A stretch of 63,309 nucleotides of DNA, the filler included, from Licmophora abbreviata (lineage: Eukaryota): the NCBI GenBank assembly GCA_900291995.1. It is 9 parts of 9 records of this genome, joined end to end, with 100 filler letters (N's around TTAATTAATTAA, not from the genome) between each part and the next. Parts side by side here need not be neighbours in the genome. Positions count along the whole stretch, not along the records: positions 22,668 to 36,441 come from OLMU01000232.1; positions 36,542 to 53,795 come from OLMU01000235.1; 7 more parts are not named here. The stretch is one strand, 5' to 3'. The position numbers and the translations under genes are program-made. The notes beneath the pieces were generated by a model, which was not told the DNA's origin, searched no databases, and saw nothing but the letters and a program-made list of their open reading frames with translations. Below, piece by piece: positions 24,901 to 39,356 of this stretch (position 1 is its first letter; every line of letters starts with the position of its first letter).

Positions 24901-27900
24901 CTAAACTTGGAACAGTGAACTGTCCCCACTTTGCATCGGACTAGGCGCCGGTCGCGATCGGCCGACGCTTCTCTCGGAACCCTCGTGGAAACTACCGCTG
25001 GAATCTCGTGAGTGCATTGTGTTCTGGTCCAGGAACATGGGAATCGGGACTCCATCTTCTTCTACTACGATCTCTGTCGTTCCCAACGCGTCAATCGACG
25101 AGAAGCACAGCTCGTCCGACATGCCTGAGTACCCATAAACAAGTCGAGTTGTGAGCGACAAGCAAAGTAACTGGAACTCGTGCGAATCAAACAAGAGAAA
25201 CTTACGAATTTTCGTCTGCTTGTAGATATTCGATTTAAAATAGCCTTCGGAGCAGGCCTGTTTAAACCATCTCGGTGTTTCGTCGCCGAGAACGCCAGAT
25301 ACGTTTGAGTGCAATGCCTTTACCATTGAAGCGAAGGAACGCTGCAGTTCTCGGTGCACTGCAATCGCTTTTTCGGTTCGATCGTTTCCGTGGCCACTAA
25401 TTGTACTTGCTCCGAGTCCAGCCGACATATCCGAAGGTATGAAACCCTCGCCTTGTGATGATACGCCGCTCACGATGGAAGAGAAACGGGAAAGCCGGCC
25501 AGAAGGTTCTGGCGTGGACGTTAACGAATTGGGGCGACGTTGAAAGCTTGAGTTCCCCAGGTCGTCTGTGCCAACCCTATTTCGGGTATGCATAGCTTCG
25601 AGAAGCATTTCACGGTTTCTTCCGATCAACAAATGCAGAATCTCAACAAACACGACGATGCTTCGCGCCAGATTCTTCTGTAGTACTTTCATTTGGTCTT
25701 CGCTTAGTCGATACTCTGGCCGGTCCGAGAACCCCCCGTATGCAGTTTCATTGTCGTCTGCCACGTATGCGCTACCGTGCAGCAGCACCAATCCAATCTC
25801 CCTGACTCGACTTCGGTGGATACTTTCCGAGACTATCCTGGCCGCTGCGGTGCCAATTCCTTGGTCGTGCCTTCCGCCTGGAATCGCAAAGCCGAGCGGG
25901 TCGAGTTTAGACGGGTGGTTGTTCTCGGACCGAGTTTCATTGCCGTAAGACTTACCAAGAACGGCATCTCCGTTCGTCGCAACAGCAGTGCGGAACAGCA
26001 CTGAACACCAGCTGCAAACTGCGTCCAAGCCTGCTTCTAGGGAGCAGATTCTGACATCCGCCCGGAAGTTGACTATTTGTCTTGTGCCGCAAGCCGGAAA
26101 TGACTGGTCCACGCCAACGTATCGCTTGTTGAGAAATTTCAGGCAAATATCGCCCCCAGGTGGCTTCAACCAGTCTCGACTCGACCTTCTTATTCCCTTG
26201 GCTGGGTGCACAAAGCAAAAGAGGTCGACACCCACCAGTTCCTCTTCTCCTAAGGTAGCGTTTCCTCGGATATCTTCAGCCGAAGTCGCCAAGGAATGAA
26301 GACCTCCTGCCATGGACCCTGTCGATGACATACTTCCGCTCGACAAGAACCTCGGTGAGCTGTGAGATCGTGAGTGATGTCGGTGCTTGGGGATGTTGTG
26401 AGCTGGAAGCTGTCCCCTGTACACACCTTCGCTGGCCGGTGAGGGCGGTCGGCTTCCAAGGTGATGAATAGGAACAGAATTGTCAGTGCTGCTGAGCGGC
26501 AGCTCCGCGTACTTCTGAAACCATTCCGCAGTGCCGCGAGTCAGCTGCGCACTCTTCTGGAGAACCCGAAGCGGAGTTATGCGGACCTTCATTGGTTCAA
26601 CGGGCGTTGGCCCAAGTGGCCTTCGAGTTGGTGCGTTCTGTCCCACATTTTCGCTCTGTTCTTGTCGCCCATCTTCCAGTTGAATATTCAAAGGAATGTG
26701 CTCCGGGAGAATGGAACGTAGAGCGACTCTCAGATCTTCCCCGACTGTGTCAAGCTTCGCCGACGGGCCCGCCCGGTGAACGAATTCCAGCCCGACAAGC
26801 TCATCCGGGGCTCCACCATGGAAATGAAGCTTGTAGAACCTTCCCAGAGTATGCGAAAGCTCAACAGACTGGTGGTTTGTGTCGATTACGGGTACTTCAT
26901 GTGACATGACTCTCGCCAGTCGTCTGTAGGCAAGTGAAAGCTTCTCGTAACTGAAGTTCTCGGCGTAAATCTTTGCCGTTAGAGACCACATGTACCGACT
27001 GCTTTCCGTTATCCGAGCCTTGAGAAAAAGCTCACCGGACAGTTCCGCTTCTTCCGTCATGTCCTCACTCAGCTCTCGCTTGGATAGCCATGGCGATGAC
27101 GAACTGAACTCAGATGGAAGCGCAACGCCATAGAAGAGACTCTTCTTTCCTCCAAGTTCCCAGTCGCCAGTCCTCATACGGATGCTGTTCGGCACTCGGT
27201 AGAATATTCTTCGAAAAGAGTTGCTCGACTCAATCTGTCTACCACCTCCAGAGGTATCCAGGTCGTGACCAGCATGTCCGTCAACGTCGAAGGCGACATC
27301 GTAGATTTCTTCAGCGTCTCCATCGACTCCCTCCCCAATCACATGAAAGCGCTCATTACCGTCATTCGTCCAGGGAACAAAAGGCGTGGTTGACCAGAGA
27401 CTCTGGCGAACTGTGGAAGCCGCTTTGAGAGTCAGATAAACGTGATAGCGACACATGGCCTCCTCGGCGTACTTCGATCTTGTCGAATGGAATTCCGCGA
27501 GCCTTCGAAGCCATGCCGCTCGGTACTGGGGAAGTTCGGAAGAAGAGAAAACATGAGCGGCGTCCAGGAACGCGTCTTCAATAGCTTCGTAGTGAGCAAC
27601 CTGTGTACTTCTAGATTTCGATTGACCAAGTCCGAGAAAGTGCCTGCTGTAACCGGCCGAATTCGAGACAATTCGATGGACAATAATTCGGCGACTTTGA
27701 GCCATGGCACTTGATTTGGTGTCATCCCCATCCTTGCATATGCTTGTGCGTGCCGATAGTCCGGAATGCGCCCGACTTATGATAATGAGCGCGTGTTCTG
27801 CAATATAGGCACGATAGAGTTTCTTCATCTTCTCCGCCAGACCAATAATCGCACTACGGAATGCGCTGTTCTGGCTGGCTGACTGATGATGTAGTCGATC

Positions 27901-30900
27901 TAGCGTTCTCCACAACGGTGATAGACTGGCTTCCGCGCTGTCATTGGACAGATATTGTGTCGTCGTCCCAACTATCCTCTGCTCACGATAGTATCTCGCA
28001 GCGGCAGTTGCGACTATGCGTTCCATTACTTCCAGTTGAACGGCAAGCAACGGTACCCTGATCCGCGTAAAGCTCCCCAAATTATCCCATGTCCTGCGAA
28101 GAAGATGACCGAGAAAGTCCGATGACGTAATGCGAACATTCTGGCGTCGAGCACCACAATGAATAGTTACAACTCGCATCCAGTGCTGAAGAGTGTTTCC
28201 CACAGCCCTTAGAAAGATGTCAATGCCAAAGATGCCAAGAATCTCTTTGCTGGCTTCAAGGGCACGGACCACAGCAACATCGCTTTGGCGCAATACCAAG
28301 ACGCTAAGATATACGGACGTCGCCGCGCGAACGAAGACGACTGTGTCGTCAAAGCTATAGTTCAGCTCATTCGACCTCGAAATACTAAACATTTCGCGGA
28401 CAATCTGACGACATGTGCTGATGACGATCATGCTGGCGTCGTGAGCATGCCACCTTCTCGCGGGAGTTGTCGAATATGTATTCTCGACGTGAGAACTTTC
28501 TTTTTCCCTTCGCCGACGTGACGGGGGTATGATATGTCGATATTGCACATTGGGACGGTCTAGCCCAGGAAGGAACTCTTTCTTCCATGCGTCTCGCGGA
28601 CGCGTACCGTTCGCCCCAGACTTGGTTCCGTGCTGCCTTTCGTTACAATCATACTCACAGGTGGCGAGCGCAAGGTTCAACAGCCCGAACATGTCCACGA
28701 TATCAGGGGAATGTCGGTCTCTGCGCACATTTGGTGCCTTAGACTGTTCGATAGGAACAGGGTTGGCGATGCCGATAGAAATGTGAATCTCTTCAACTCC
28801 ACCATTCTTTGGGTCGCCTCCTCTCCCTTCGAGGCCCGTCAGGAGCTTTCTCCACGCGGCACGAATGAGACCGACGGGAGCACATTGCAGCACGTAGAGA
28901 GCACATGGAAGCATATCCCGCCGCAGCTGACTCTTTGCAGAGAAACTGGACCAATAGCCAACATGCCACAACATCTTCATCAAAAATGGGACAAACATAC
29001 TCGCAACCAATGGTGACGTACCCAGTTTCTGAGCATCCTGACTGAGTGCCCAGAAAAGCTCATACAAAAGAGATGACGCTCGATTCTGGAACGTCTGTTC
29101 CACGTGATCGGTGCCAGACAAACAGATATCTGTAACAAGTTCAACAAGCCAGTGCGGTTGCATCGGAGGGAATTTCAGTTCCGACTTGTGGACTGGGCCA
29201 TCGTTTTCGGCAAAGCCGGGTATACCAAACGACGCAAACTGTTCCAAGAGGTTGTCGTAGACGTCACGTGGTAGATCCGTTGTCATACTCGACCAATCGC
29301 CCAAAGCATCAAGCTGGGGCGAACTGACGCGCGTGAAATCAGAGAATCGGACGAGAGCTGTAACTGCATTCATGCGTAGTTTTGCCACTTCGTCCGAGCA
29401 CTTCAGTCCAATTTTCGAATCTCGATCTTGCCAAAGCTTTCCGTCTCGAACGACGAACCGTGAGAGGTACCCAAGAATGAGCCTATGCACGCTTTTTGTC
29501 TCGAGAAGGGCGAATGCGTCAATCAAAAACCGAACGATCGAGTCATTGACCCCGATGCTTGTCCACCGAAATTCCTGAGAATCAAAGTTTCTTACGTCAA
29601 GGCATGCATCGGTAAGCATACATATGAGATGCTCAAGACTACCGACAATAGACTGGTCAAGACGAGCGAGAGGGGGAAATCGGACCGAGGATAATGTGGA
29701 CAAAGCGCGAAACAATGCTTCAGTTCTTCTTGCAAGGCTGTGTTTGATGAGCTCGAACAGAACAGGAGCACATGCTATCGTGGCTCCCCGTGCCCGCACT
29801 GCGGCGTCCTTCAGACAGTCATCGGTCTGAGCTATGGTGACTCGCAAGCTGTCAGATGCTCCGCGAGGTGGAGAACTCTTGTTGCCTATTTTCCGCTGTT
29901 CATCGAGGAGCGCAACCCACTGATAGATGATCACTTCATACATGTAAGGATTCCATCTACCTTTGCCTCCTGTCTTCCCCAGATTTATTAATCTGTCGAC
30001 AAAGCTAGGAAGCGGAACCGTGTTCTTCTCGTCCTCAATCAGTGCGGTCATCGGGAGCCCACTTTCAATCGGTAGCAGTAGCTTGTCGCCCGTGGTCCTG
30101 CCAGTCCTTGAGTCAGGAACTTTCCCGGCTGGAGGAGGGGAAGGTGCCAGCGTATCCTTGCCCAGGACTTCGTCGAGGTCAGAAGAAGCCCAGTCTATGC
30201 TGCAGAGACTCCGTCTTTTGCGGTGGCGTGGGTTTGAGTCACCCGGCAGCGCACTACTGCATATGCAGATGAAGGTATTTGTGATCAGAGATACTTCCAG
30301 TGCACGCTCCACTTCACACTACTCCACGAACATACCTAGATTCATAGCCTTCACCCACAACGTCGAGGAATGCAGAGCCCGCCGAAAGAATTTGTTCGTC
30401 GCTCGGGAATGACCCTGTGCTACTACCGGTGCTCTCCAGTTTCGCAGCCATACCGAGGGTTGGGACTCGCATCTTCTTGACACTAGTAGAACCTGCAGGA
30501 ACTCTGATGACCTCAGTATCAAGACCACCACCACCAACCCTCGCCGATGGTGGGTTGACCTTAGCTAACTCAGGAGAGTCACCCATTCCTTCGACCTCGA
30601 CCTTGCTGCGCTCGCGTGAAGTGTCATCTACTTCACGGATCGTCGACAAAGCGGGCATCGTCATAAACTTCCGTCGACCTGCTCCGAGGCCACCCCATTC
30701 ACTAGAGCTACTGGTCGAACTTGTAGCAACTGTATCAGAATGAGCCTGGCCCAAAGGCTTCACGTTTCCAGCCCTAAGAGCACTTTGGAAGTCCGCCTTT
30801 GTATCGATTTTCAATTCTACCATTCTTTTGTCATGTTCGTTAGAGCTAAGCGCTGGAGTTCGCGCACTCTCTGCACGGTATGGCAAGGTGGCGGCTCTGT

Positions 30901-33900
30901 TTCGCGGCCCTTCTGCCTCGTCTGCTTCAATCTTCTCTGACTTGAAGCCAGAAAGGAAGTCGTCCAGGCTTTCGGAAAAGCCAGCATTGTGCGCAGGAGA
31001 TGCAAAACTCTGTGTTGGGGTACCACTCATCCTCGATCCCTCCGTCGCCATGGTACCTAAGCTCCCATTTTTGTGCATGGGTAGAGAAGTATCAACAGCA
31101 GTCCGTTCTTTCAACCAAGCTTCCAAGTAGAATACTTCTTGAAGTGCTACACCTCGGGAGTTAGCCATCAGGTCGTCCTCGTCAATCGCAAGGGCTGTTA
31201 CCTTACTAAGATCGGTCATGCTCCATCTGCTCCTCATATCAAGCACCTTGGTGCCGTTTTTGGACATGAACGCATTGACTGAATTCACGATTTGAATTAG
31301 AGAGGCGAAAGCCTGGACGCGAAGTGACACGCACGACGCTGGATCTGACCATACCAGTGAAGCTGCTCCATTGCCAACAAGCATGACTTTGAGAAGCTGG
31401 CCAACCAGTCGAAAAAAATGAGTCGTGGATTCAGCTTGTGAACATAGTTGGCTTTTTGAAACATCCGAGGTGTAGACGAATAGCTTCTCAAGCTCATCAC
31501 TAACCGGCTCGTTCACTGAAATGGCCTTTAGGGAACGAATATGTGCTAGTAGGTCAGATCGTTTCGGCGTCAAAAGCGACAGAGACGAGATTGGGCTTGC
31601 AGAAAGAGCCACAGGTCCATCCGGTACACATCGGAAGAATTCGCTAAGAGTAGCGCTCTGAGGATGAATCGCGGAGTGTACAACGATTCGCACCTAGAAA
31701 AGAAAACAGGAAATGCAAGATCAACAAAGAGCCTACATTGTGACACGGCGCAACATTTCTTGGAACATTCAAATTTACCTGAAGAGTCATGCCGTCAGCC
31801 GAGAGTAGTAGCTTCGGATGCAGCGCGGCCTCAGAGTCTGTATTTGCGTCGGATGGGGCACTCTCGCTGCCGAGACACGATTCCTCTAAGATGTCGTCTG
31901 TATCGACGACCAATGTTTCGCTGGCAGTACCCTCTGACAAGTTTTCAGTTTCATCTGCACGCACAAAAGCCTTTCCTCGCGACAAAGAGACTTCATTTTG
32001 TCGTCGAGTCTCAGGCGGCATCTTGAGAATCAATACCTCACCATGATTTCCAGTTATCTCATCTGGTGGAAGCTTTCGACACGAGTAGGCTACTCGCACA
32101 TCGTGAACCCCGTTATCGATCAGACAGCCGCTGTCGCGACTAGTTGTTATCGGCAAGAACCCACACGCAAGCACGTCAACTCTTGATCGCCTCTCTTCAT
32201 CATCGTCCCTCCTTCCGAACGTCCAGCTTCTTCTTGGCTTCAGATGTACATGACAGACGGAAAAAAGCAGTGCATATGTAGATCTAGTCACTCGAGTAGA
32301 AACGCGATCGGCCTCCAAAATAAGTGGCAACTTAAACTTGAATTCGTCGAGGAACTGAGGATTCGCCGTCTGGACGGCACACGAGGTATAAGCGTCCTGA
32401 ACAAGATAGGCCCCGCGACGAGGATTATGTAGACTCGGTCCGGTCGCAGGGACGCGGGCGAGGTATGCTTGGTGGACATCGCTCCATTCGATCTCCCTTA
32501 GCTCAGTTTTGACGACGATGCAGCCCTTTGGTCCGTTTTGTAGTACCTGCGGGTAGCAGAGCAATTCATTGCAGAAACTGGTGCGGAAAAGTGGTTCGAC
32601 CCTCCCTTCACGTGCTCGAGATAGGCCGCCTGAAGATAGGCCAGCATGCTCGGACGAAGCGAGCTGAAGGGGCACTGGGGCTAACTCTTGTGCATAGACT
32701 TTTGACTGTGACTCCGGAAAGGGACGGCTCTTATCTGAGGTGGGACTTCTTGCTGAGGCCACAGACCCAGAGGCCGCCGATTTGTCGTCGGCGACTATTC
32801 TTCCACCGTTGGAAGTCGGCTCTGAGACGATCTGGCAGTGCCATGAAGGGAGAATGTACTGCATTCCATCAGTAATTATGTGCGACTCGGGATCGTCACA
32901 TTCGGTTGAGGTATTTGGATCTCTTCGAATCTGTATTTCCCCTGAAAAGTCAACAAGCCTGTCGCGAGCAAGCGAACTCTTACCAAACACGACGGAATGA
33001 AGACCAAGATAACCAAAATTTCGCATCACAAAGAAGGCTGTTCCTCCATTTGAGTTTGCAGCACGACCTCCGCTTCCAACTGGAGAAAGCTCTCCTCTGA
33101 GGCGTAAACAAAATAGAGTCAGTACCGGAAAATCGAGAACACAGGAGAAATCGCAAGCCATCACTCACTTGGGGTTGAGCATAACCATTATCTGATCAAT
33201 GATGGGGCGATCACCTTGGCCAGTCACTAAATGGAAGAGTGGGATCTGCACCGCCCGGCTGCGAGCCATATTTGGAACGTCCGTCCCAAGCACCTGAACC
33301 AGAGGAGCTACTCCGAAACAGAACGGCATCAAGAAGCGGCCCCTGCGAAGTGAAGCCTTTTCCGCTCGGCTACGAAGCCGATCAACGTCGTATGCCCCGC
33401 CCTTGTTCTCCTTAAGATACGGCGCTAAATCAGCCTCGTCGGAAAGAACCTTATGAACCACAAGAATCGCATAGAGATTGGCTATGTTGAAGCTTGACGG
33501 GAGAGGGAATACTCCACAGCGAGTGCTCAGAGTTCTCATGCAGTCTCCACTGGCTCCATCGCTGAAGGGCCACAGTGCCTGGGCACAACGCATTTCGACC
33601 TCAGGATCGCTGACAACGTCGAAATTGAGAAATTCTGTGATCCTCCCGCATCGCTGCAAGTTTGGCATAGGAATCGCTCTAGGGTTGTCCCCAGGGAGAG
33701 GTTCGACGTGGTAGATGGCAAGGGAGCAGAACAAAGGCTCGAGTTCTTCCACTGCTGGGAAGCCAACAACCTGCGTATCGATCTGCAGGTAACGGTGGCT
33801 TGGCGAGCGATCTGATAAGAACGGCAGGGTCTGTTCCGTCTTGAAGGCAGAGTGCATATTCGACAACGGGCGATTCTCCTGACGAAGCTTTTCTGGACTA

Positions 33901-36134
33901 GGAGACAGCCTTGTCTTCATCGCCATATCTGACAAGGCGTGCCCCTGCGGTGGCAACATAAACACCGTCGATTCAGGAGTATGCGGCAGACCGCCGCTCG
34001 GTTCGTTCGGAATAGCGACTCGACTGCCGCTGTCGTCGGCAACATTCCACCACCCATATACTCGACCAGAATCCAAAGACTTCGCCTTTGGTTTCGGTCG
34101 ACGTCTTTCTCTCTTCCTATATTTATTGTTCACGCTTGACGGGGAGTGAATGGATCCCCCAGTCAGCTCGTCCATGTCACTTCCTACACTCGAAGCACCT
34201 GTAGCAGATGGCGACGTGGCCGCAGCAGAATCATTCTTTTCTGTGTGTTCTGGACTTGTTGGAACAGGCAGAACGGTAGGATCACCACGATCGGTACCTG
34301 CTAGACCATGGAAATCAAGTGACGTACGAGGAGCCTCCATCCGAGAGTTCCAACGATGATTGTCATCAGGGCTCAGGGAAGGGTTCGGACATGCGACTGT
34401 ACCGAATAGGTTTGGAAACGTATGTTTGTTGATGATCTCCTCAGACTTACATGATTCCATGTGTCGAAGCTGTTCATCCCTCGTTTGATATAGCTCAAGA
34501 TCTGATTCGATCGGTAGCGAACCATCGTCGCATGCGTAAAGCGGGACGCATCCACCAGTCAACTCAAAATTACTGAGCGGACGACCGCTAGCAGAAGTTG
34601 CACGGGACTGGGACAGCAGTGCATTTGCTTCATCAGCTGAAATACTTTCGGTATTTTCATGGCCAGCGTTGGTATCCGTTGGCGAGCTCTTGCTCCCTTC
34701 GGCTAGGGATGCGACAGCAGCGTCCAGATTATCATTGATACCAACCTTCTTTTTGAGTTCGCTTCCGACGACAGAGTCATCGTCGCTGTCGTCCTTCTCG
34801 GGGGCCTGCACTTGCTTGAACGTATCAAAAGGACGACTTGGAAACTTGTCGGTAGCCATTTCTGCTTCTTCCTTTTCTTCGCCACGAGCCAACTTTGCAA
34901 ACACTTCTTGTTCAGACAACAGTTCGCCCGAGCCTTCATGAGTTTCAATAGGCGAAGCTGTGCTATGATTCGATCCCCCCAGCGGTGAAGCAGCTTGGCG
35001 TGGTGTTCTCACCCTCGGTGAGGCGACTGGAGAGGTTAGCGAGGATGGCTCCATGCTTCCGCCAGCCCACTTCGAAAACAGATTCTTATCCACAACTGGC
35101 ATGCTGCTTCCTGTATCAGCGTCGGGCTCTCTGTTGAGAAAACTAGAGCGACTGCTGGTAGAGGGGTTGTCATCTGATTGTATTCCATGTGCATCGGGCG
35201 CATCTATCTGCGTCTCCGTGCGATTGGTTGGCGACACATCCTCGCCTGCCCGCTGCGAAAAAAGAGTTGAGTCCGTCATGACTGCTGGATGTGGACCGCC
35301 GTCACCACCCATCGATTTCGAAGACTGCGACTTGGTTTCACGAGCGACGCTGTCCTCCGCATTGTCATTCATTCCAGTCTCTTCATTCTTGTCCTGGTCT
35401 GGCATCTCGGAAGGATCACCACAATCTAGAGATCCAGCGGGCACATGCGGTGTCCGCGGGACTTTAGCCGAGCGCTGTTCCTGATTTTTCAGTCGCATTT
35501 GCTCCCGCTCTAAGCGGGTGGTCTCTCCAAAAACAGGGTGATACGACGATACGTAGGGATCTCCCCTCCAGAATTCGCCTTTCGACTCGTCTCTGTCCGT
35601 CATCGCCGAAAGACCGTACCCAAAGGTATCAATTGCACTCACTAGGTTACGAACCCCTGGAGGCAAATGGCTCAATTGAAAAGTCTCGTCATCTGGCAGA
35701 TCAAGGTCCTTGAGAGAATCGGAAACGATCTTACGTGCTTCCTTCAGAACACGGGGAGGTACAATCGGTCCGAAAAACAATGGCCGAGGCATCTTCACGC
35801 GCTCTGTATACATGGGTATGGGAGCAGTCCTCGGTACACTGGACGAGGGAGGAGTTCTGTCTGAAAAATCTGGTAGGTTCGGAGGGAGCGGGGCCACCTG
35901 AGGACCAAGCTTCGTATTGTCCGTCAAAGATGCCGCTGCCGCATCCAGGTTTGACTTGGCGGCGACGTCGTCCGCCTCCGGCGACCGGTTGATGGCGAAC
36001 GTCCCAGCGCCACTGGGGAGCTGCATGTCAAATTCCGAGTCGATTGAACCCTCTTGAAACTCTTCGCCGTTAGCCATGGCTGCGAACATGTTGATCTCGC
36101 GGCGAACCGCATCATCGCCGCCCTCGCTATTCAT
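24901..36134 (-). CDS. DOCK/SPIKE1-family protein (DHR-1 C2 and DHR-2 domains), about 3612 aa; introns 33097-33168, 31694-31778, 30257-30335, 25878-25955, 25125-25205
   Basis: LEPLFCSLAIY; DHR-1 NELLCYPQ...NPQFLDEFKFKLP...LLFSVCHV; DHR-2 RAAWLRRLAEFH..YAEEAMC and LGRFYKLHFHG...LEFVHR. The spliced length is 10839 nt, or 3613 codons. Confidence 0.85.
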
Positions 36135-36441
36135 AATGGTTTGGAATTGCGTGTTGGATTGAATTCAGACTGGATCTAATTTTCCAAATTTGAAGGCCTT
36201 CCCAGATGAATAGTTTCGGGCCACGACGCTCAGGGGCTAAAGAGCTGAAAATAGTACTCTCTAGAAGAATAGAAAGACTCTGGGCACGACCTCATTGAAG
36301 TCAGCGCACATCTATCTATCTTGTATCTGCGTGTCTCGGAGCGCTTTCGTTTCAGTCGCTCCTCGCGTCCTCCCGCTCGCCCGAGAATCGATACTCCTCC
36401 CATGCCGACCTCGCTAAATTTGCGTTGGAAATGTCTTTTCA

Positions 36442-36541
36442 NNNNNNNNNNNNNNNNNNNNNNNNNNNNNNNNNNNNNNNNNNNNTTAATTAATTAANNN
36501 NNNNNNNNNNNNNNNNNNNNNNNNNNNNNNNNNNNNNNNNN
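36442..36541. other. Artificial assembly spacer
   Basis: 44N-TTAATTAATTAA-44N. Confidence 0.99.
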
Positions 36542-36643
36542 AAAATAAGAACAAAATATAAAAATACACGCACAAGCAGTCTCTTGACTTTCGACTTGCC
36601 TTTCACGTCGTTGTAGATCTCTGTAAAGAAACTTCAAAGAAGC

Positions 36644-37627
36644 ATGCCAAGCTTGACTCCGCAGCAGCGCTCCGACGAAGTGACCTGGAGTGCCACGTAC
36701 GAAGGCCTCATCACCGGAGGCATGGCACTGGTTCCTTCCACCGGCGCCGTCTTTCTTGCCATGAAGACCAGTCCTCGTTTCGTCAAGGTGAGTAGGCTCG
36801 TCTTGCAAAGTCGTGCCTAGAGAATACGCTGACTCACACGTTCAGTTGCATCTTCCAATGTTACGTGACCACAGGCTACCAACTGGCAAAGCCGTACGGC
36901 GCTGGTCATCATGCCCGCTCTCTTTGCCTTCGGCTTTGCCTCTGAAAGCAAGCTGATCCATCGGATGCATGAGGTCGCCGATGAGACGGAACACGCCAAG
37001 AACGTCGCCAAGTGGTCTCTCGAAAACCATCCTCATCCTGCGAACCCTGCCAACGCGACTGCTACTGGGAAGCTGCAGCGGGAACTCGAAATAGAAGCGC
37101 AACTTACCAAATTGTATCGCGACAGTGTCGAACACAGCGGAGTTCGAATTGTGCCTGGAGACACGCTTAAACCACACCAAAACGCACTCAATTACTTCAA
37201 TGACAATCCTGTTAAAGTACTGGCGGCGATTGGAATCCCGACAGTGGGCTCCATCTTTTATGGCAGAGCAGGCAAGGACCACCTGTCCGCCTCCATGAAG
37301 ATCATGCACACTCGCGTCATGGGACAGTTTGCAGTCATTGGCATTCTTCTCAGTCTCATGGGGTTCAAGGAATACATGAATCGCAACGGAAAGTTCATTA
37401 CAGAACAGCAAGCTGACATTCGCGTCGAAGAAATGAAGCGCGTCCGACAGGACCTCTTGATGCGAATGCAGGCTGAGAACATGGCACTGCAGGCGCAACG
37501 AGAACAAATCAACCAGGCGCACGAACAGGATGTTCAGGAGGGAAACGTTCACCATCACTCGAAAAAGACACCCGAACCGCTTCCGCTCACCATGAAAACG
37601 GTCGTCGCAACCAGTTCTCAGCCGTAG
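36644..37627 (+). CDS. HIG1-domain mitochondrial protein (Rcf2-like); exons 36644-36787, 36875-37627
   Basis: DNPVKVL...KIMHTRVMGQFAV matches the HIG1 (Q/I)xxxRxxxQ motif. Phase-0 intron. Confidence 0.82.
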
Positions 37628-37768
37628 TAGAGCGAACGAGCGCACCTGGCTTCCGTAGTCTACTCTTGTACAATGGTAGGACGCGTTTGGATATTATAAC
37701 CCTGCCATTTTCGTATCCTTTTTCTTTCACTATGTCGTATTATTACACACGCTGCTGGTACTCTTTTG

Positions 37769-39356
37769 CTAAGACTCTGAGTTTTCACCAAAGTACTTGG
37801 TAAGTCGTTTGTCAGCTTCAAGGATCGTGTCATCTCCCTTGCAAAATGCAAATCGCAACAAGTTCTGTGCCAGATGCAAAGTGTCCGGGCTGTAAAACGC
37901 AGACGGAGGAATTGCAGTCACGCCTACTTCTTTGGTCATCCATCGACTCAGTGCCCAGTCTCGCGGCATAGGCGACGCCGGCATGGCATCCGTTACTTCG
38001 GCAAGATAGTCCCTCGGTACCTCCAGATGCGATGTGTCGGCCATGATGAAGAAGCCCCCAGGCGGCAATAAGGGCGTCATCCCTGCTGACTGGAGGGCGT
38101 CCACTAACAGTCCGCGCTTTCGTTTATAGTCTGCTGCCAAGTAGTCGTAGAACGACTCGAATCCCTCATACGGCTCGCGCGCCTGCTGCAAGGCCATGGC
38201 AATCGCATCCTGATTGGGAGTTGGAGCCGAAAAGTTGACCCATTGCTGAACTGCTGTCATGGCGCGAACCAGATGTGGAGGTCCGACGCACCAACCTACT
38301 TTCCAACCGGTGCAACTGAACGTCTTGCCCGATGAACTCAGCGTGAGCGTGCGATCGAACATGCCAGGGATTGTCGCAATCGAAATGTGAGGTTCCGTGT
38401 CCGGTTCAAAGACAATGTGTTCGTAGACTTCATCTGAAATGACTGTAAGTTGAGGATATTTCTGTACAAGATCTGCAATGCCTTCCAGTTCGGAACGCGA
38501 GAACATTTTACCAGTAGGATTGTGGGGTGTATTCATCAATAAGACTTTGGTACGCGGAGTGATGAGCGATTCCAACTCGTCGAGATCCAGTCGAAAGGCG
38601 TCGCTGGCCGAAGATGGTCCGTCCGCATCGTCGCTTGCACTGACGGGTCGCAGTGGACAAAAGATCGGCGTAGCTCCCGCCATGCGAACCTGCGCAAAGT
38701 ACTGTGAGTAATATCGCGAGATGAATATAGGAAAGAAGCGATGGTGAGTCAGGTGTCGCACGAGACCAGTAGAGAGTGCAACACTCCGCCATCAACTACA
38801 GGATCTTGTACAAACATCTATCACGTACAATATCAAAGGCTGGTTCCAATAACAAAACTTCATCCCCCGGTGCTAGTAATCCCTGAAGAGCACAATACAG
38901 GGCATTCGTACAGCCCACGGCCGTCCCAATATTGGTAGCAGGATCCAATGATGCCCCCCACCGTTCACTGTAATCTTCCGCTAGTACTGTGGCGAGCGGC
39001 ATGTGTCCATAGGAGCGTGCATACTGATTGGCGTGCCGTTGATAGGTTGGATTCGTCGCCTTTTCCATGGCTTCTACTACAAACGGCGGCGGGTCCCAAT
39101 CGGGAAAGCCCTGTCCGAGATTGATTGCCTTGTATTCATTCGCTAGAGGACTGAACTCATGCCACACAGTAGGCTTGTCCAGTCCAACAAGGCGAGGAGA
39201 CAATTCGAAAGACGAAGAAAGCGACGAGAGACATCTTCTGGTGGGGGAGGTACCGGTACGGAGTGCGGCGCGAGTCGACATGATTCCAGTTCCAGGTCCA
39301 AGTGCAGCAGTGCCTCGGAAGGATTGAACGAGCATGACGGAAAATGCCATTCTCAT
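37769..39356 (-). CDS. KYAT: Kynurenine-oxoglutarate/glutamine transaminase (class I/II PLP aminotransferase); intron 38702-38828
   Basis: INLGQGFPD, NTPHNPTGK, ISDEVYE, SSSGKTFSCTGWKVGW (PLP lysine) and LRFAFCK. Confidence 0.92.

Noticed and set aside
36842..37645. 267-aa antisense ORF, and the many other shadow ORFs
   Set aside because: It lies opposite a well-supported gene and has no motifs. Such ORFs are expected at about 50% GC.
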